NCBI GenBank assembly: GCA_024137785.1
Contig: JAHRHZ010000140.1
Span: 30,671,687 to 30,735,686, forward strand
Source: Ginglymostoma cirratum
Lineage: Eukaryota
Direction of reading: 5' to 3'
DNA length: 64,000 nucleotides
Shown: positions 1 to 11,980 of the stretch, piece after piece
Numbering within the stretch: the first letter of the stretch is position 1
How the letters are laid out: the number at the start of each line of letters is the position of its first letter
The notes under the pieces: generated by a model
Told to the model about the DNA's origin: nothing
The model's input: only the letters and a program-made list of their open reading frames with translations
The model's database searches: none
Translations under genes and position numbers: made by a program

Positions 1-147
1 AACCGATGATTAGCTATGCTAATAAGGTGAACAGGAATTGTTCTGACCATGTCCAATCATTGTACCTGCATAGGTCCAAAAATGCAATCATTTTGAGGGA
101 CATCTGATAAAGTGTGCTTTTCTCTATGCTTTTGCTTAATACTGCTA

Positions 148-441
148 CTGGCATAGTTGGATACTTCCACCTAGCATTTCTGAGCTTTGCAAACACTATT
201 ACAAAGGCTGGCTCCTTATCCTAGTGTAAGGTTCTTTCACTCTTTCAGTCCCGTAACACTCATTATTTACATTTATATATTGAACGTTGTTGAAACACCT
301 TTTTAAGGTAGAGTCCAAAATCTTCATTTATATGCTTCCTTTTAGTCTGGTGCTCGCTTCTCTTCTTTCAGCCTGCTCTTCTGGTCTCAGAGTAAGATCA
401 TCAGTTACATCATCATCATTTGTATATTCCATTATGCTATA
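148..441 (-). mobile_element. Possible 3' LTR of the Gypsy remnant at 560-920
   Basis: On the minus strand it follows the pol end and a purine-rich tract (aaaagagaaacatggatgaaga), starts tatagcataat and ends near ...actatgcca. No second LTR is visible, so the boundaries are a guess. Confidence 0.25.
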
Positions 442-559
442 TCTTCATCCATGTTTCTCTTTTACTCATTTTACATAATTCCAATAATTTGCCTTTAATA
501 ACTTACATAGTTGATTTTAGAATTAACATCATTATTAGCATCTACCTCACTCTGAAATT

Positions 560-920
560 CTGAATCAAACAAGTTGAGATGATCTGGACTTCTGATTGGA
601 CACCTTGATTTGATTTGCTTTATTTCCATATGAGGGTGACATTTCTCTGCCATTCCTGGAATTGTGTCCCTTTGGTGTGGTATTCAATGCAGAATGGATG
701 CGTCTTTCCTAGTTCTATGATAATTGTGCTTGGTCTCACTTCTTGGCTTCACTAAGATCAAGGCTTTCCTATGTCTCCTGAATATTCCTTCTGGTATTTG
801 AACTATATAAGAGCTAGGTTGATTTGTCCTCCATAGATGTTTTACATCTATTTTTACTGTGCCGTACCAAACTTATTCCTGCCTGTCAGCTTCAGTGCAT
901 TGAAAGTACTTGGAGCATCT
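560..920 (-). mobile_element. Decayed Ty3/Gypsy pol C-terminus (integrase tail)
   Basis: Minus-strand translation of 818-757 gives PSSYIVQIPEGIFRRHRKALI (Gypsy PRSYxVxTxxGxxRRNRxxL motif). Translation of 615-568 gives IKSRCPIRSPDHLNL (TRSGRxIRxPxRLxL pol-end motif). Confidence 0.7.
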
Positions 921-991
921 GAGGAATTTATATTTGTAGGATAAAGTGAAGAGAGTGGGGATAATTCCATGAATATTATACTATTTCAAGT

Positions 992-1160
992 AGCAGGTGT
1001 TGGCGATCTGAGACAAACACAGAAAGAGCTGGAGAAACTCAGCAGGTCTGGCAGCAGCTGTGAAGAGAAACGCAGAGTTAAGGGTCACTGGATTTGAAAT
1101 GTTAACACTGTTTCTCTCAGCACAGCACAGATGCTGTGTTTTGTCAGCACTTTCTGTTTC
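992..1160. mobile_element. Fold-back (palindromic) mini-element made of two inverted Penelope 3' tails
   Basis: Left arm cagaaagagctggagaaactcagcaggtctggcagcagctgtgaagagaaacgcagagtta matches 3500-3566. Right arm gaaatgttaacactgtttctctc...cagatgctg...cagcactttctgtt is its reverse complement and matches 5946-5982. Confidence 0.8.
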
Positions 1161-1393
1161 GTGAATATTTGCTATCAGAAAATTAGGTAACAGAAAATGT
1201 GTTGAGTGGTCATTGGATTTTCAGGGCACATGAATCGTGATTTTCAATCATGAGTCAAACATCGGCACAGCACGTACCTACATTTCTGAAATGCATTGCC
1301 AGCTGTGATGCTCCCCACCAGCGATGTAACCTCATAGAATTACCCATGTGAAGGGCTGCATTCTTTAATGAGGAAAGAGATATATACATTTCT

Positions 1394-1528
1394 AGGTTAT
1401 AAACAGGTATGGGGAGGAAGTGGGAACATGGAATTGAAATAGGTGTTTAGTTATGATCCTACTGACTGGAGAAGCAGGCTTGAAGGGCTGAATGGCCTTA
1501 CTCCTGCTCCTAGTTTCTGTGTTTCTTT
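1394..1528 (+). mobile_element. CR1 LINE 3' UTR/tail fragment
   Basis: gcaggcttgaagggctgaatggccttactcctgctcctagtttctgtgtttct is the same tail seen on the RT-bearing CR1 copies at 14770-14820 and 38120-38160. Confidence 0.8.
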
Positions 1529-2063
1529 GTTGCACTTTGTATAACAGCTGGTTTATTGCCTTCATACGGCTGGCTGCGGTAATGGTGAGCTCTGTGAAGG
1601 TTGCTGCATATCCCCACATTTGTATTAGAAAAATAATGAGAGAATTTTTAAATTGAGTGTTTTCTCAGCACTTTTCAACTAGAACCTGGATCTTGAAGTG
1701 TGAGTATGATGTCATACTAACATATACTTCCTAAGGTAATACAGACAAGAGGAAAATCTAGGTGCTCTCTGCTCACTTAGTAAGCCAATACCATATAATG
1801 TTTCTCATTTCTATTAGGCAACAGGGATCAGGTTGAAGGATTTTCGATAGCTAACTCTGACTAGACTTCCTTGATTTTTATCTTGATGGCTGTTTCTAGA
1901 ATTACACTGAAATTAACTTGTGCCTCAGTTTTGTTGATGTCACAGCTGTAAATGGAAGCACCTTTATGTTGGTTGCTCTATTGAATAAGTCATTGTTTGG
2001 CCTGGATCTTGAAATCATATTCACAAACAAACTGAGCTGGAGATCGTCATTGCAGTGCTGAAT

Positions 2064-2372
2064 CAAATCACAGAATCCCTCCAATATGGAAGCAGGCCAT
2101 TCAGCCCATCGAATCCACACTGACCTTCTGAAGAGCTTCCCACCCAGACCCACCCCCCTACCCTATCTCTGTAACCCTGTATTTCCCATGGCCAATCCAC
2201 CTAGCCTACACATCATTGGACTGTGGGGCAAAACCGGAGCACCTGGAGGAAACTCACACAGACATACGGAGAATGTGCGTTCTCCACACAAACAGTCGCC
2301 CAAGGCTGGAGTCAAACATGAGTCCCTGGTAGTGTGAGGCAGCAGTGCTAGTCCCCGAACTATTGCACCGCT
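2064..2372 (-). mobile_element. V-SINE (HE1-type shark tRNA-derived SINE)
   Basis: Minus strand reads tRNA-like head (agcactgctgcctcac...ccagggac), V-domain (cacattctccgtatgtctgtgtgagtttcctccaggtgctccggtttt...ccacagtcc) and CR1-type tail gggctgaatggcct. A second copy is at 43076-43442. Confidence 0.88.
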
Positions 2373-3462
2373 CCTCTGCGCTGAACTTTTATATCTCATT
2401 TGTCTATGTAGGATGCATATCTTTTTGTAAAATATTCATGAAGAAATAATGCCTCGACTATGATCGGAACCCTTCCTATTATGTTTCTATAAGAACTTAT
2501 TATTCCCTGACCTGCTAACCTTGCCTGAATGAGAAGAGGAATTAAACTATTAGTGATATCTGTTTATATTCAGGCTTTTAAACTGAAGTGGCAATGTCAT
2601 GATTTACTACTTCCAGCTGGGGCATGAATGACCTCTGAATGTTAAAGGACGCAGGTCTTCACACGGGTAATTTTATGAGGTTATGTTGCTGGTAGGGAGC
2701 ATCACAGCTGGAAATGCATGTCAGAAATGTAGGTAAGTGCTGCCCCAATACTTGACCCACAATTGAAAGCTATGCATGGTGTGCGCTGAAAATTCAATAA
2801 CCACTAGTTATGTGGATTTGTGAAGTTAATTCTTAGATACTTACATTTCTCCAACAGACTACTAAGGAATCTGGAAATGTCATGTTTTCCCTTCACACTG
2901 ATTCGGGCTGGTTTTACCAGTGTATGCTAACTGGCAAAGAATATTTGCCTGCTGGCCTTTCTTATTAGGAAATCAAAGCCAGACTGCATTCAATTTTCTG
3001 TTCATTAATTTTCTGAAACACTCATGGAGTCATCTTCACTTTGCCTTACGTATGGGTTTACCTGTATCTCTTGAATATCTATTTTTGATTTATTTTTAAG
3101 ATGTGGCCAATCCAGCATGGCGTCAATCATTGTTCATCTTTAGTGTCTCTGAGAAAGTAATGGCAATACTTGCACTGATGCTGCTTCCGTGACGATATAG
3201 GTAAGTGATGCCTGCTCTTGAACAAAGTGACAAGGACATTATGATGTTTCCAATTTGAGAATTGCTGTGACTGGAACAGAATTTGGAGACAATCATGTTT
3301 GTATGATGTTACACTTTCAGCCCTCTTAATGGGGCGCTGTCAAACTGAGCTCAGAAAGTTACATCAGTGTCTACTTTTGATTTTACGGACTGCAGTTGGA
3401 GTGTGCTGGTGGTAGATGATGTTCTTCACCTTATTTTGAATGGTGTACATAGGAATATATGT

Positions 3463-4545
3463 AAAAACCGAAAGAACCGGAGATGCTGTAAATCAGGAAC
3501 AATAACAGGGGTTGCTGGAAAAGCTCAGCAGGTTTGGCAGCATCTGTGAAGAAGAAGTCAGAGTTAGCGTTTCAGGTCTGGTGACACTTCCTTAGAACTG
3601 ATGGTAGATGGGAAAATCTCAACTTATATGCAGGAAATAGGGACGGGGTAGGGAGTAGACGATAGGATATAGCCCGAAGAGAGAGAAGAGAAGTTGAATA
3701 GACAAAGGAGTTGACAATGGTTTGGCTGGGACGGTGAATAGTTGTTAATGGGGACTGTTAGTGACTAATAATAGGTAGTGAGTAATGGCAGGTTATGTGA
3801 TAACAAGGCCTGGTGTGCGGGTTAGGGGGCCAGGACATGGGAGAGTTGAGGTCCTAAAATTATTAAGTCGATATTGAGTTCAGAGGGCTGCAGGATCCCC
3901 AAGCAGAAAATGAGGTGTTGTTCTTCCAGCTTGCGTCGAGTTTTGCTGGAACACTGCAGCATGCCAGAGACAGAGATGTTGGTCAGGGAGCAGTGTGGTG
4001 TGTTTAAGTGGCAAGCAACAAGTAGCTCAGGGTCTTTTTTGCGAGCAGAATATAAATATTCTGTGAAGCAGTCACCCAGTCTATGCTTCATTTCCCCAAT
4101 GTAGAGGAGATCACATTGTCAGCAGAGAATGCAGTAGACTAGATTCTGGGAAGTGCAGGTGAAGTGTTGCTTCACCTGGAAGGTACGTTTGGGCCTTTGG
4201 ATACTGAGGAGGGAGGAGGTAAATGGGCAGGTATTTCATTTTCACCGGTTGCAGGGGAAGGTGCCATAGTACTGTGGGAGGGTGTTGGGGGTGAAGGAAG
4301 TGTAGACCAGGGTGTCGCGGAGGGAATGGTCCCTGCAGAAGGCGGACAAGGGAGGGGACGGAAATATGTGTCTGGTGGTGGCAACTCGCTGGAGATGGTG
4401 GAAATAGTGTCATGATCTCCTGGATGTGTATGCTGGTGGGATGGTAGGTAAGGACAATGGGGACCCTATCGCTGTTCCGGGAGGGAAGAGAAGGGGTGAG
4501 GGCAGAAGTGCAGGAGATGGGTCGGACCTGGTTGAGGGCCCTGTC
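3463..4545 (-). mobile_element. Penelope-like retroelement, inverted copy (GIY-YIG endonuclease region plus complete 3' tail)
   Basis: ORF 3822-4091 reads RLGDCFTEYL...RRKLEEQHLIFCLGILQPSELNI (PLE endonuclease C-terminus). 3538-4545 is the reverse complement of 4947-5982. Confidence 0.93.
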
Positions 4546-5982
4546 CAGTCCTATTCCACCCCCCCCACCAACAACTCTTTCTCCGATATATTGATGATAT
4601 TGTCGGTGCTGCTTCCCTCTCTTGTCTAGAACTAGAAAAGTTCAATGATTTCACTTCCAATTTCCACCCTGTCCTCTCTTTCACCTGGTCTATCTCTGAT
4701 ACCTCCCTTCCCTTCCTCAACATCTCTGTTTCCGTTTCTGGGGATAGACTGGCCACTAATAGCCACTATAAACCCACTGACTCCCATAGCTATGCGGACT
4801 ATACGTTCTCACATTCTGCTTCATGTAAAGACCCCATCCCATTCTCTCAGCTCCTTCCCCTCCATCGCATATGTTCTGATGACGCCAACTTCAAGCAAGG
4901 GAGCTTCTGAAATGTCCACCTGCTTCCTCAACCAAGCACTGTTGTCGACAGAGCCCTCAATCAGGTCCCGTCCATTTCTCACACTTCCGCCCATTTCTCA
5001 CACTTCCGCCCTCACCCCTTCTCTTCCTTCCCGGAACAGCAATAGAATTTCCCTTGTCCTTACCTGCCATCCCACCAGCATACACATCCAGAAGATCATC
5101 AGATGCCATTTCCACCACCTCCAGCGAGATGCCACCACCAGATACATATACCCTCCCCGTCCTTGTCCACCTTCCGCAGGGACCATTCCCTCCGCGACAC
5201 CCTGGTCCACACTTCCTTCACCCCCAACACCCTCCCACAGTACTATGGCACCTTCCCCTGCAACCGGTGAAAATGCAACACCTGCCCATTTATCTCCTCC
5301 CTCCTCAGTATCCAAAGGCCCAAACATACCTTCCAGGTGAAGTAACACTTCACCTGCACTTTCCAGAATCTAGTCTACTACATTTGTTGCTCACAATGTG
5401 GTCTCCTCTACACTGGGGATATGCAGCGTAGACTAGGTGACCGCTTCACAGAATATTTACATTCTGCTCACAAAAAAGACCCTGAGCTTTCAGTTGCCTA
5501 CCATTTTAGCACACCACCCTGTTCTCTGGCCAACATCTCTGTCTCTGGCTTGCTGCAGTGTTCCAGCAAAACTCAACGCAAGCTGGAAGAACAACACCTC
5601 ATTTTCCGCTTGGGGACCCTGCAGCCCTCTGGACTCAATATCAAGTTCAAATATTTTAGGGCCTAAACTCTCCCATGTCCTGGTCCCTTAATCCACACAC
5701 CAGGCCTTGTTATTACATAGCCTGCCATTACACACTACCTATTGTTAGTCACTAACAGTCCCCATTAACAACTATTCACCGTCCCAGCCAGACCATTGTC
5801 AACTCCTTTGTCTATTCAACTGCTCTTCTTTCTCTTCGGGGTCTATCCTATCGTTTACTCAGTACCCCATCCCCCTCCCTATTTCCTGCGTATAAGCCAC
5901 CGTTTTCCCACTTACCATCAGTTCTGAGGAAGGGTTGCCAGACCTGAAATGTTAACTCTGATTTTGTTCTTCGCAGATGCTG
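4546..5982 (+). mobile_element. Penelope-like retroelement, 5'-truncated (RT C-half, GIY-YIG endonuclease, 3' tail), frameshifted
   Basis: LFLRYIDD (YIDD at 4587-4598), LPFLNI, HYKPTDSHSY, LVLTCHP, then NLVYYICCSQCGLLYTGDMQRRLGDRFTEYL (GIY-YIG with CxxC, about 5367-5460) and LGTLQPSGLNI. Multiple frameshifts. Confidence 0.95.
5917..5962 (+). ncRNA. Minimal type-I hammerhead ribozyme-like motif in PLE tail (mutated)
   Basis: ATCAGTT-CTGAGGA-AGGGTTGCCAGACCT-GAAA-TGTT-AACTCTGAT contains the CUGANGA and GAAA core boxes, a stem II and a bulged stem I (ATCA.GTT/AAC.TC.TGAT). The stem III palindrome ACGT reads ATGT. Confidence 0.6.
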
Positions 5983-6794
5983 ATAGGAACATATTGTTGC
6001 AGTTGCATCAAACCAGGTAGTGGTAAGGATTCTACCAGTCTCCTCAGTTAAGACTTGTGGATGGTGGACAGATCATGAGGAGTGACAGGATGAGCCCCCT
6101 GCAGAGCACTTCCTCTTTGCCTTGCTTTATTCATGTTCCTCATATGACTGACCAAGGGGGACAAGGATATTGATGGTCAAGGGCTTCATTCACTTATTCG
6201 ATCTAAACACGAAGGTTGACTTCAAGCAACATTTAAAGTCTTTTCATCTGGTGGAAACTAGGCACTTAAAATTCCAGCAATGTCCAGCCCCCTTTCTATC
6301 CTATAGTAATTCTAATGCCATTACTTTCTTGGGCTATGAAGTTGTTTTGCTGACTGAAACATTATTAAAAAAATCCCTTTCTCATCAATAGGTAGCAGTG
6401 ATAACCACGATACATGTCCATGCCAATACATGGCTCTTCATTGCGAAGCTTTTTTAACACTGGAGAAATGTAATAGTAGAGACTTCATGGACAAATGCAT
6501 CATTGCACTATTCAAAGAAAGATCTGATCTTCTGCACTGGAGATACAGTATCAATGTACCAATATGACTAATTGTCATGAGAACCACAAACAACTTTAAG
6601 AGGATGTAATTCATTGTTAATAGTTTGGAAGAATGAATGTTGATGAAACTTAATTTGGAATATGCAAAGTAATACATTTGAACAAAAAGGATAAGGATAA
6701 AACATAGACTAGATAAGCAGAAAAACTTGTGGTGCCACTAAATTCTTTACAACTATTAATTCAAACTGATAAAGTTGTTGCATAATATTTGTAA

Positions 6795-7062
6795 CTTTTT
6801 TTAAAATCCTTTGGTCGTAAGGGTTTCAGCATTAAGGCCACCATTCATTTGGTATAGGCACGCCCACAACACCATAAAGGAAAGAGTGTGAGATATTTTG
6901 ACGTAGTGACGGTGAGAGAACTGTCATATAGTTCCAATTTAAGATGGTGAATGACTTGGAGGGAAATTGGAAATGCAGTTCGCATGTGTCTTCTATCCCT
7001 ATCCTTTTAATCGGAAAAGGTTACAGGTTTGCATGGTGCTGTCGAGGATCCTTGGTGAGTTG
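6795..7062 (-). mobile_element. CR1-group LINE 3' end fragment (same family as 12003-12400)
   Basis: agatggtgaatgacttggagggaaattgg...ggtttgcatggtgctgtcgaggatccttggtgagttg is a reverse-complement match to 12070-12240. Confidence 0.65.
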
Positions 7063-8479
7063 TTTTTATAAGTAGGAATACCAAACAAAAATGCAATGAC
7101 ATACTTCTACTTCCATACAAATCAATGGCTAGGTCATAATTAAAACGTTGGGTGACATTTCCCCTCCCCAGAGTGACATGGAAAATAGTGAGAATGTTGG
7201 GAAAATGTGCTGAGAAAAAGAAATCAGAGTGTTTTATTATTTCTCGATTTTCCTCCTAAGTTTGAAACAGCATCTTCAGAATCTCACTTTTGAGTAGTGA
7301 CTACTTTAGTTCCATGCATTTGCATCCCCTTGTCAGCCCAACTCACCCCAATATTATTTCAATATTGTTTTGAAGTCTCCTTTCCTTCCCTGAGGAACTA
7401 GACCTTGTAAATTCCTGTCTTGTCATTCAGGCTGGGTACCTGGTAGCAGTAGCTCACCAATTGCTTGTCCTAGCCATCATATAACTCTGTCTTCACCGCA
7501 ACAGCTCTGCATGTTCCAAGGACAGCATCTTCCTCTACCTTTTGTCCATGCAAGTTAGCATGGGAAAACCACCAGCCTTTGCTTGCCCTCTGTCTAACTT
7601 TCACATCAATTTTGTCCTTCAGGGACACATAGGAACTGCAGGCTCCTGCAGGTTGCGTTGCATGCAAGGATATACACACTTCCCATATATCTAAATGGAC
7701 TGCATCTTATGGCTCTTAGCTTGATTTTTAAGTGCTCGCTCACTTTATACTTATTTTTGACCTGTGTTAATTTTTAGTGAAGAGGGAGAGGTAGGCTGTC
7801 ACGTTAGTGTGCACTGAACTATCAAGGGGATGGACATGGTACTGTCACATCTAAGATCACACACAAGTAGCTAATGTAGAAAACACACTGCATGTGTTTC
7901 AATCAAATGCCAATGTCTGAGAGGCAAACAGGAGCAGTCCTAAGTGAGGTCAAGAGAGAATACGGTCATTCAGGGGTGCTCCACAATCAGTCATGGGGCT
8001 TATCCAATTCCAATCCGAGGTGTTGCCATGGTCAGTCAGGCACTAGGTCCTATTACAACCCAAGGATCCATGTCCTCGCAGTCCAGGGATTAGGCTGAGG
8101 TCAGCCCTGCAGATCAAATACAACGAGTCTGCTGATTAAAGGTACTTCAGTTGGGCTGCTATGGATTTGGCAGTCAGGCGCATGGGCAAACTTCCCCTGA
8201 TATGAGACAAAAGAACGGATTGAATATGATAGAGGCAGATAGAAGAACAGTCAGTGGTGATGCAGGAACAGGAGAGGTGGTGAGATGTCCCCAGTGAATG
8301 AACGGGAAGTGCAGGAAAGCTTAGTAGTTTGGGGGGATGTGGTAGATGAGAGCCATTGAATGGACATCATACATGAAATAATGATGGTTGTCATCTCGTA
8401 GTTGTGACGCTTGGTGAGATAAGTGCAAAATGGCAGAGTTCAAGTGAGTAATGACCCCATGAGAGTGAGGTAGCAGAGC

Positions 8480-8720
8480 AAATTATTTGCGCAACCTTTC
8501 AGAGCACAGAATTTCTCTAACATTTCTTCTGAACTGTTGTGTTTTCCTTTTTATCTATGACTATCTGTGTTCAGGCTGGTTGTGTTTGGTGGTGTGATCT
8601 CCTGCATGGCAATGCAGGATTAATCACTACCTCTTCACCTCACCTTCACCACCCATACTCCAAAACCTCCAGGTCCTTTTCAGCAAAATCAAGAGACAAC
8701 TTATCTTTTTGGGCCATTTC
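8480..8720 (-). mobile_element. Decayed Myb/SANT-like DNA-binding gene exon of a PIF/Harbinger transposon (element may span about 7440-9003)
   Basis: Minus strand from 8717 reads MAQKDKLSLDFAEKDLEVL...QPA*TQIV...RKTQQFRRNVREILCSER, then a donor-like aag|gt. This resembles the APxFSxxxLExL...WxxIA...RxxxQCRKKxNDL pattern. Stops and frameshifts are present. Confidence 0.5.
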
Positions 8721-9044
8721 ATCATTGAGAGCAGTTAAGCACCACAATGTGTATAGCTTGCAGTGTTCAGTGGAGCTTTAAATATAGCACTAATGACATA
8801 AATGTTGGAATGTCCTGGCAGTGTGAGCACTTCTGCCTCTCCAGCCACATTATTACATGAGAAAGGCACTGAAGAACTAAGTTGCATATTTAATGAGGCA
8901 AGCGGGAGATTCAATGAGAGAAGTCACTGTGAGCAATGGAAGACAAGCCCCTAGCGTCTCAGTCAACAAAACACTTTAACTTAAATGGGAAAAATCAGCT
9001 CAAGGTGTGCAGTTCTGTGTTCCTCTTGGAAAGTTATCCATGCC

Positions 9045-9490
9045 AAGGAAAGGGTGTAGAAGATGATAGCAATGTCAATAATTGCTATTTAAAGTGAATA
9101 GACAAGGGAAACTGGGACCACTTTCATTTAAATGAAAGTGATTGGAAGGTGATTTTATTGTAGTGCTCAGAAGTATGAGTGGTTTTGATATGAAAAGTTC
9201 TTTACCATTTTGTGAGTTAGTAACTAGATGGCAAAAATTTAAGATCATGATAATTTATCAAATGAGTGATTTAGTAGAGTATTTTTGCAATGTCAGAAAA
9301 TAGGATCCTCAACTTGAAACAGTGTCGAAATAAAGGGAATTTATAATGACTTTTAAAAGGGTAGTGGATAAACATTTGAACAAAAATTAAGAATGTGGAA
9401 AAAATATAAAGGAACAAAAGTGCAATGATAGTTCATTCTGATGCAATGAACCAACTATTGTTCTTCTGGAGCTGTAAAGTCTATGACTGT
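9045..9490 (+). mobile_element. Highly decayed CR1 LINE 3' end
   Basis: gattggaaggtgattttattgtagtgctcagaagtatgagtggttttgat (RLxGDLIxVxKIMxGFD-like), gtaactagatggcaaaaatttaagat (TRGHxxK-like), tttaaaagggtagtggataaacatttg and a ctatgact tail. Confidence 0.65.
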
Positions 9491-10194
9491 CGAGATCTAT
9501 TACACAATCTGATTACACAATGATGGTGATGGGATTGGCACATTGTGGTTTCTTGCCATGTCCTGTTTATTGGATCAATGTAATTCTTTAGCTGAAGCAA
9601 TTTGTTCCAGAGTAACCCTTGATGTAGTTAGAAAAGACCCAGAGGTTGTTTGAGTATTCTGTCTTTTTTTTGATAACATTACTTGCTAAATTCTTAATGA
9701 ACTAGCTAGACAGTGTAACCATGAGTGAACTTTCCCAGCACTAAGGAAGTGGCTTTGGAGCTGTGAAAGTAGGAAGATTTGATTGACTAGCACTGGGTCA
9801 GCTTTGCTCCACAATGTGTACCACCTCATTTTGTTTTTCTTGGAACTGGTCTCCCAGCAGTAATGGCTTCCTCTCTGGAAGTTATAGCCCACCATTTCAG
9901 GCATTTTACCCTATTGTGAAAATAGATTGATTTTTTTTTTCCTGAAGGTATGCAGGTGCCCCTGCTATGACAGGAAATCTGAAATTGAATGGAGGTAACT
10001 TTACAGAAGATCTCCCTAGCCAGAAGGCGATCTGTTGCAACCACTTCTTGGACAATGTTGTCTCTGCTAATGTAGCTCTTGTTGCAATGGCAGCTGCCAT
10101 ACTCAGATTTAAGGTGTTTCATGATGCTAATGTTGTTCATGCTCCTGGCCTCTCAGTGATGCTCACACTGCAAAAGTTGCTGGCACCCATACGT

Positions 10195-11762
10195 GTGTTG
10201 AGTTTTAACACCCCTGCCGTAATTTAAACTGGGGACGCTCATAAAACAATGAGGGGGCTTTCCACAGCCTTTCTGCCCACTTTCAATCTGGCTCCTATAT
10301 TGTGATGGCTGAGGAGAGGGTCAGGTAACCAATCCAGCATTAGGCCTATTGAAGCCCTGAATTTGTTGATTAATGGCCACATAAAGACTTCATTTTGCTG
10401 TCACCGCTGTTTCACATTCAAGAGGGGAGGTGGGGCAAAGCAGGTAGCTGCATGCACACTGCTGCCATTTATTATGTGGGATGTTACTTCATTTAGCGGG
10501 TGAGTGGCAGCAGTCTGGCACACTGAAGGCATTACCCTGTCCCCAAGGTCAAACACCCTCACCACAACGCGCTCTTAAACCTGGTCCCTCAATCGCCTAT
10601 AGGGGTCTGTCACATCCAGATCTGGCCAAAAGCTCAGACCTACATTTAAGTATCTCTATTATCTTTATGTGACCATATGGAGTCCCAGCATGCCTCACAT
10701 GATCCTGGTATTGGCAGCAGGTCTATGGGCAGAAATCATGAGCCCCACTTCTGCTCTTGCCCTGTACTCTGCCCTGATCTGAGCCCAATGGGACCCATAC
10801 AGCCTTAGTTATTGGTCTGTGAAGTACCCTTGCCTGCCCTGGGCCCTGGTTGCCAGAACCACAGGGCTGCTGGCCAATCAGAGTGTTTTGTGGGTCTCTA
10901 GTGTGGGCCTTCCTCCCATTTGCGGTCTGCAGACCCACTCTGTGTCAGTATAGGCTGCTGCCCAGTGTAATATTGCTGCAGGGCAGTTTGGTTTCCGATG
11001 GATGGGCTGATGACAGATTGCTTGGCTGGCATGGCGCCACCCAGAATCCAGGCCAACAGGTCAGGCAACTTTTGTGGCGAGTCAAACAGAGGTAATGTGA
11101 GATAGTTTTCACAGCATATTGTGAGAGCTTTGAGGGCAGGGTTCCAGAGGGATAGCCAAAAACATTAATCTAAATGGGAAGACAAAGCTCAATCCAAAAC
11201 CATGTTTCATGTTCACACCTCCTTGCTCTGAGCAGACAGTAGTGGCAGAAAGCCAGTTGTGAAGATAATCAATAGGGATTTTCCTCAAACTTTTCTATCT
11301 TCCCAAACGTGCGGATATGCCCTGCAGTGTGCAGAACATTGCGGCTCGTAGAGGTGAGTGCACAACAGCAGATCCTAGGTGCCAGATATTTAATACAATC
11401 TGACTTGTACTTGCTGACAATGGAAAGTCAGCAATCATTCTCAAGCACTGGGAACTGCTGCCACTGAGTGTGATTGGATCAAATCTGCTTTTCAGACTCT
11501 TCAAGATCACCTCCCTTTCTTCACATTGCTCTCTCTCGTGTATTAGTCACTATAGCTGCACTCCCACAAGAGCCACGATAACCTGCCTTTCTTCTCAAGT
11601 GCTGATTATCCCTCCACATCCCTAATCCCATCCACAGTCTCCAATTGGATGGTGATCCCAAAGGTGGGTTCTTAATGGCCCAACTTCCATAAAAATCATA
11701 CCTGACCTTCCCCGACTGCTCTAAAGAGCTCCGATGTCCAGATAATCTGGAAGATTAAGTTC
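10195..11762. mobile_element. Probable non-autonomous Harbinger/MITE-derived sequence, decayed
   Basis: GC-richer block starting gtgttgagttttaacacccc, with internal quasi-palindromic aggcctattgaagccctgaatttgttgattaatggccac. Assignment is by resemblance only; terminal repeats are degenerate. Confidence 0.3.
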
Positions 11763-11980
11763 TATGTTTCAAGATGATTATTTTACATCGGGAATTCATC
11801 AGACTGAATTGTTAACTATGTCTCTGTACCTACTCAGAGCCAGAGAGGCAATATTTCTTCTTCAAATCTTAGAACATCCCAAGAAGCAGTTAAGTGTGAT
11901 GCTTTAATAGTTAGAGTACTCAGTCACTGTACTTTGCAATGCACACACAACATGAGTTTAACTTGTGGTCCTGTAATACA

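Larger units (their letters stand above)
3092..6300 (-). mobile_element. Old CR1-group LINE 3' region interrupted by the Penelope insertion (pieces about 3092-3448 and 5995-6300)
   Basis: 3092-3330 is a degenerate reverse complement of the LINE end at 12003-12400 and 47805-48328. Similar-style sequence resumes after the PLE target-site duplication. Confidence 0.5.

Noticed and set aside
4645-5340. Longest ORF in the track (231 aa)
   Set aside because: It is a patchwork of in-frame and out-of-frame Penelope sequence created by frameshifts, not a host gene.
9930-10230. Acceptor-like tttttttttcctgaag and overlapping ORFs on both strands
   Set aside because: No recognisable peptide, weak donor and no partner exons. 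It cannot be supported without RNA data.
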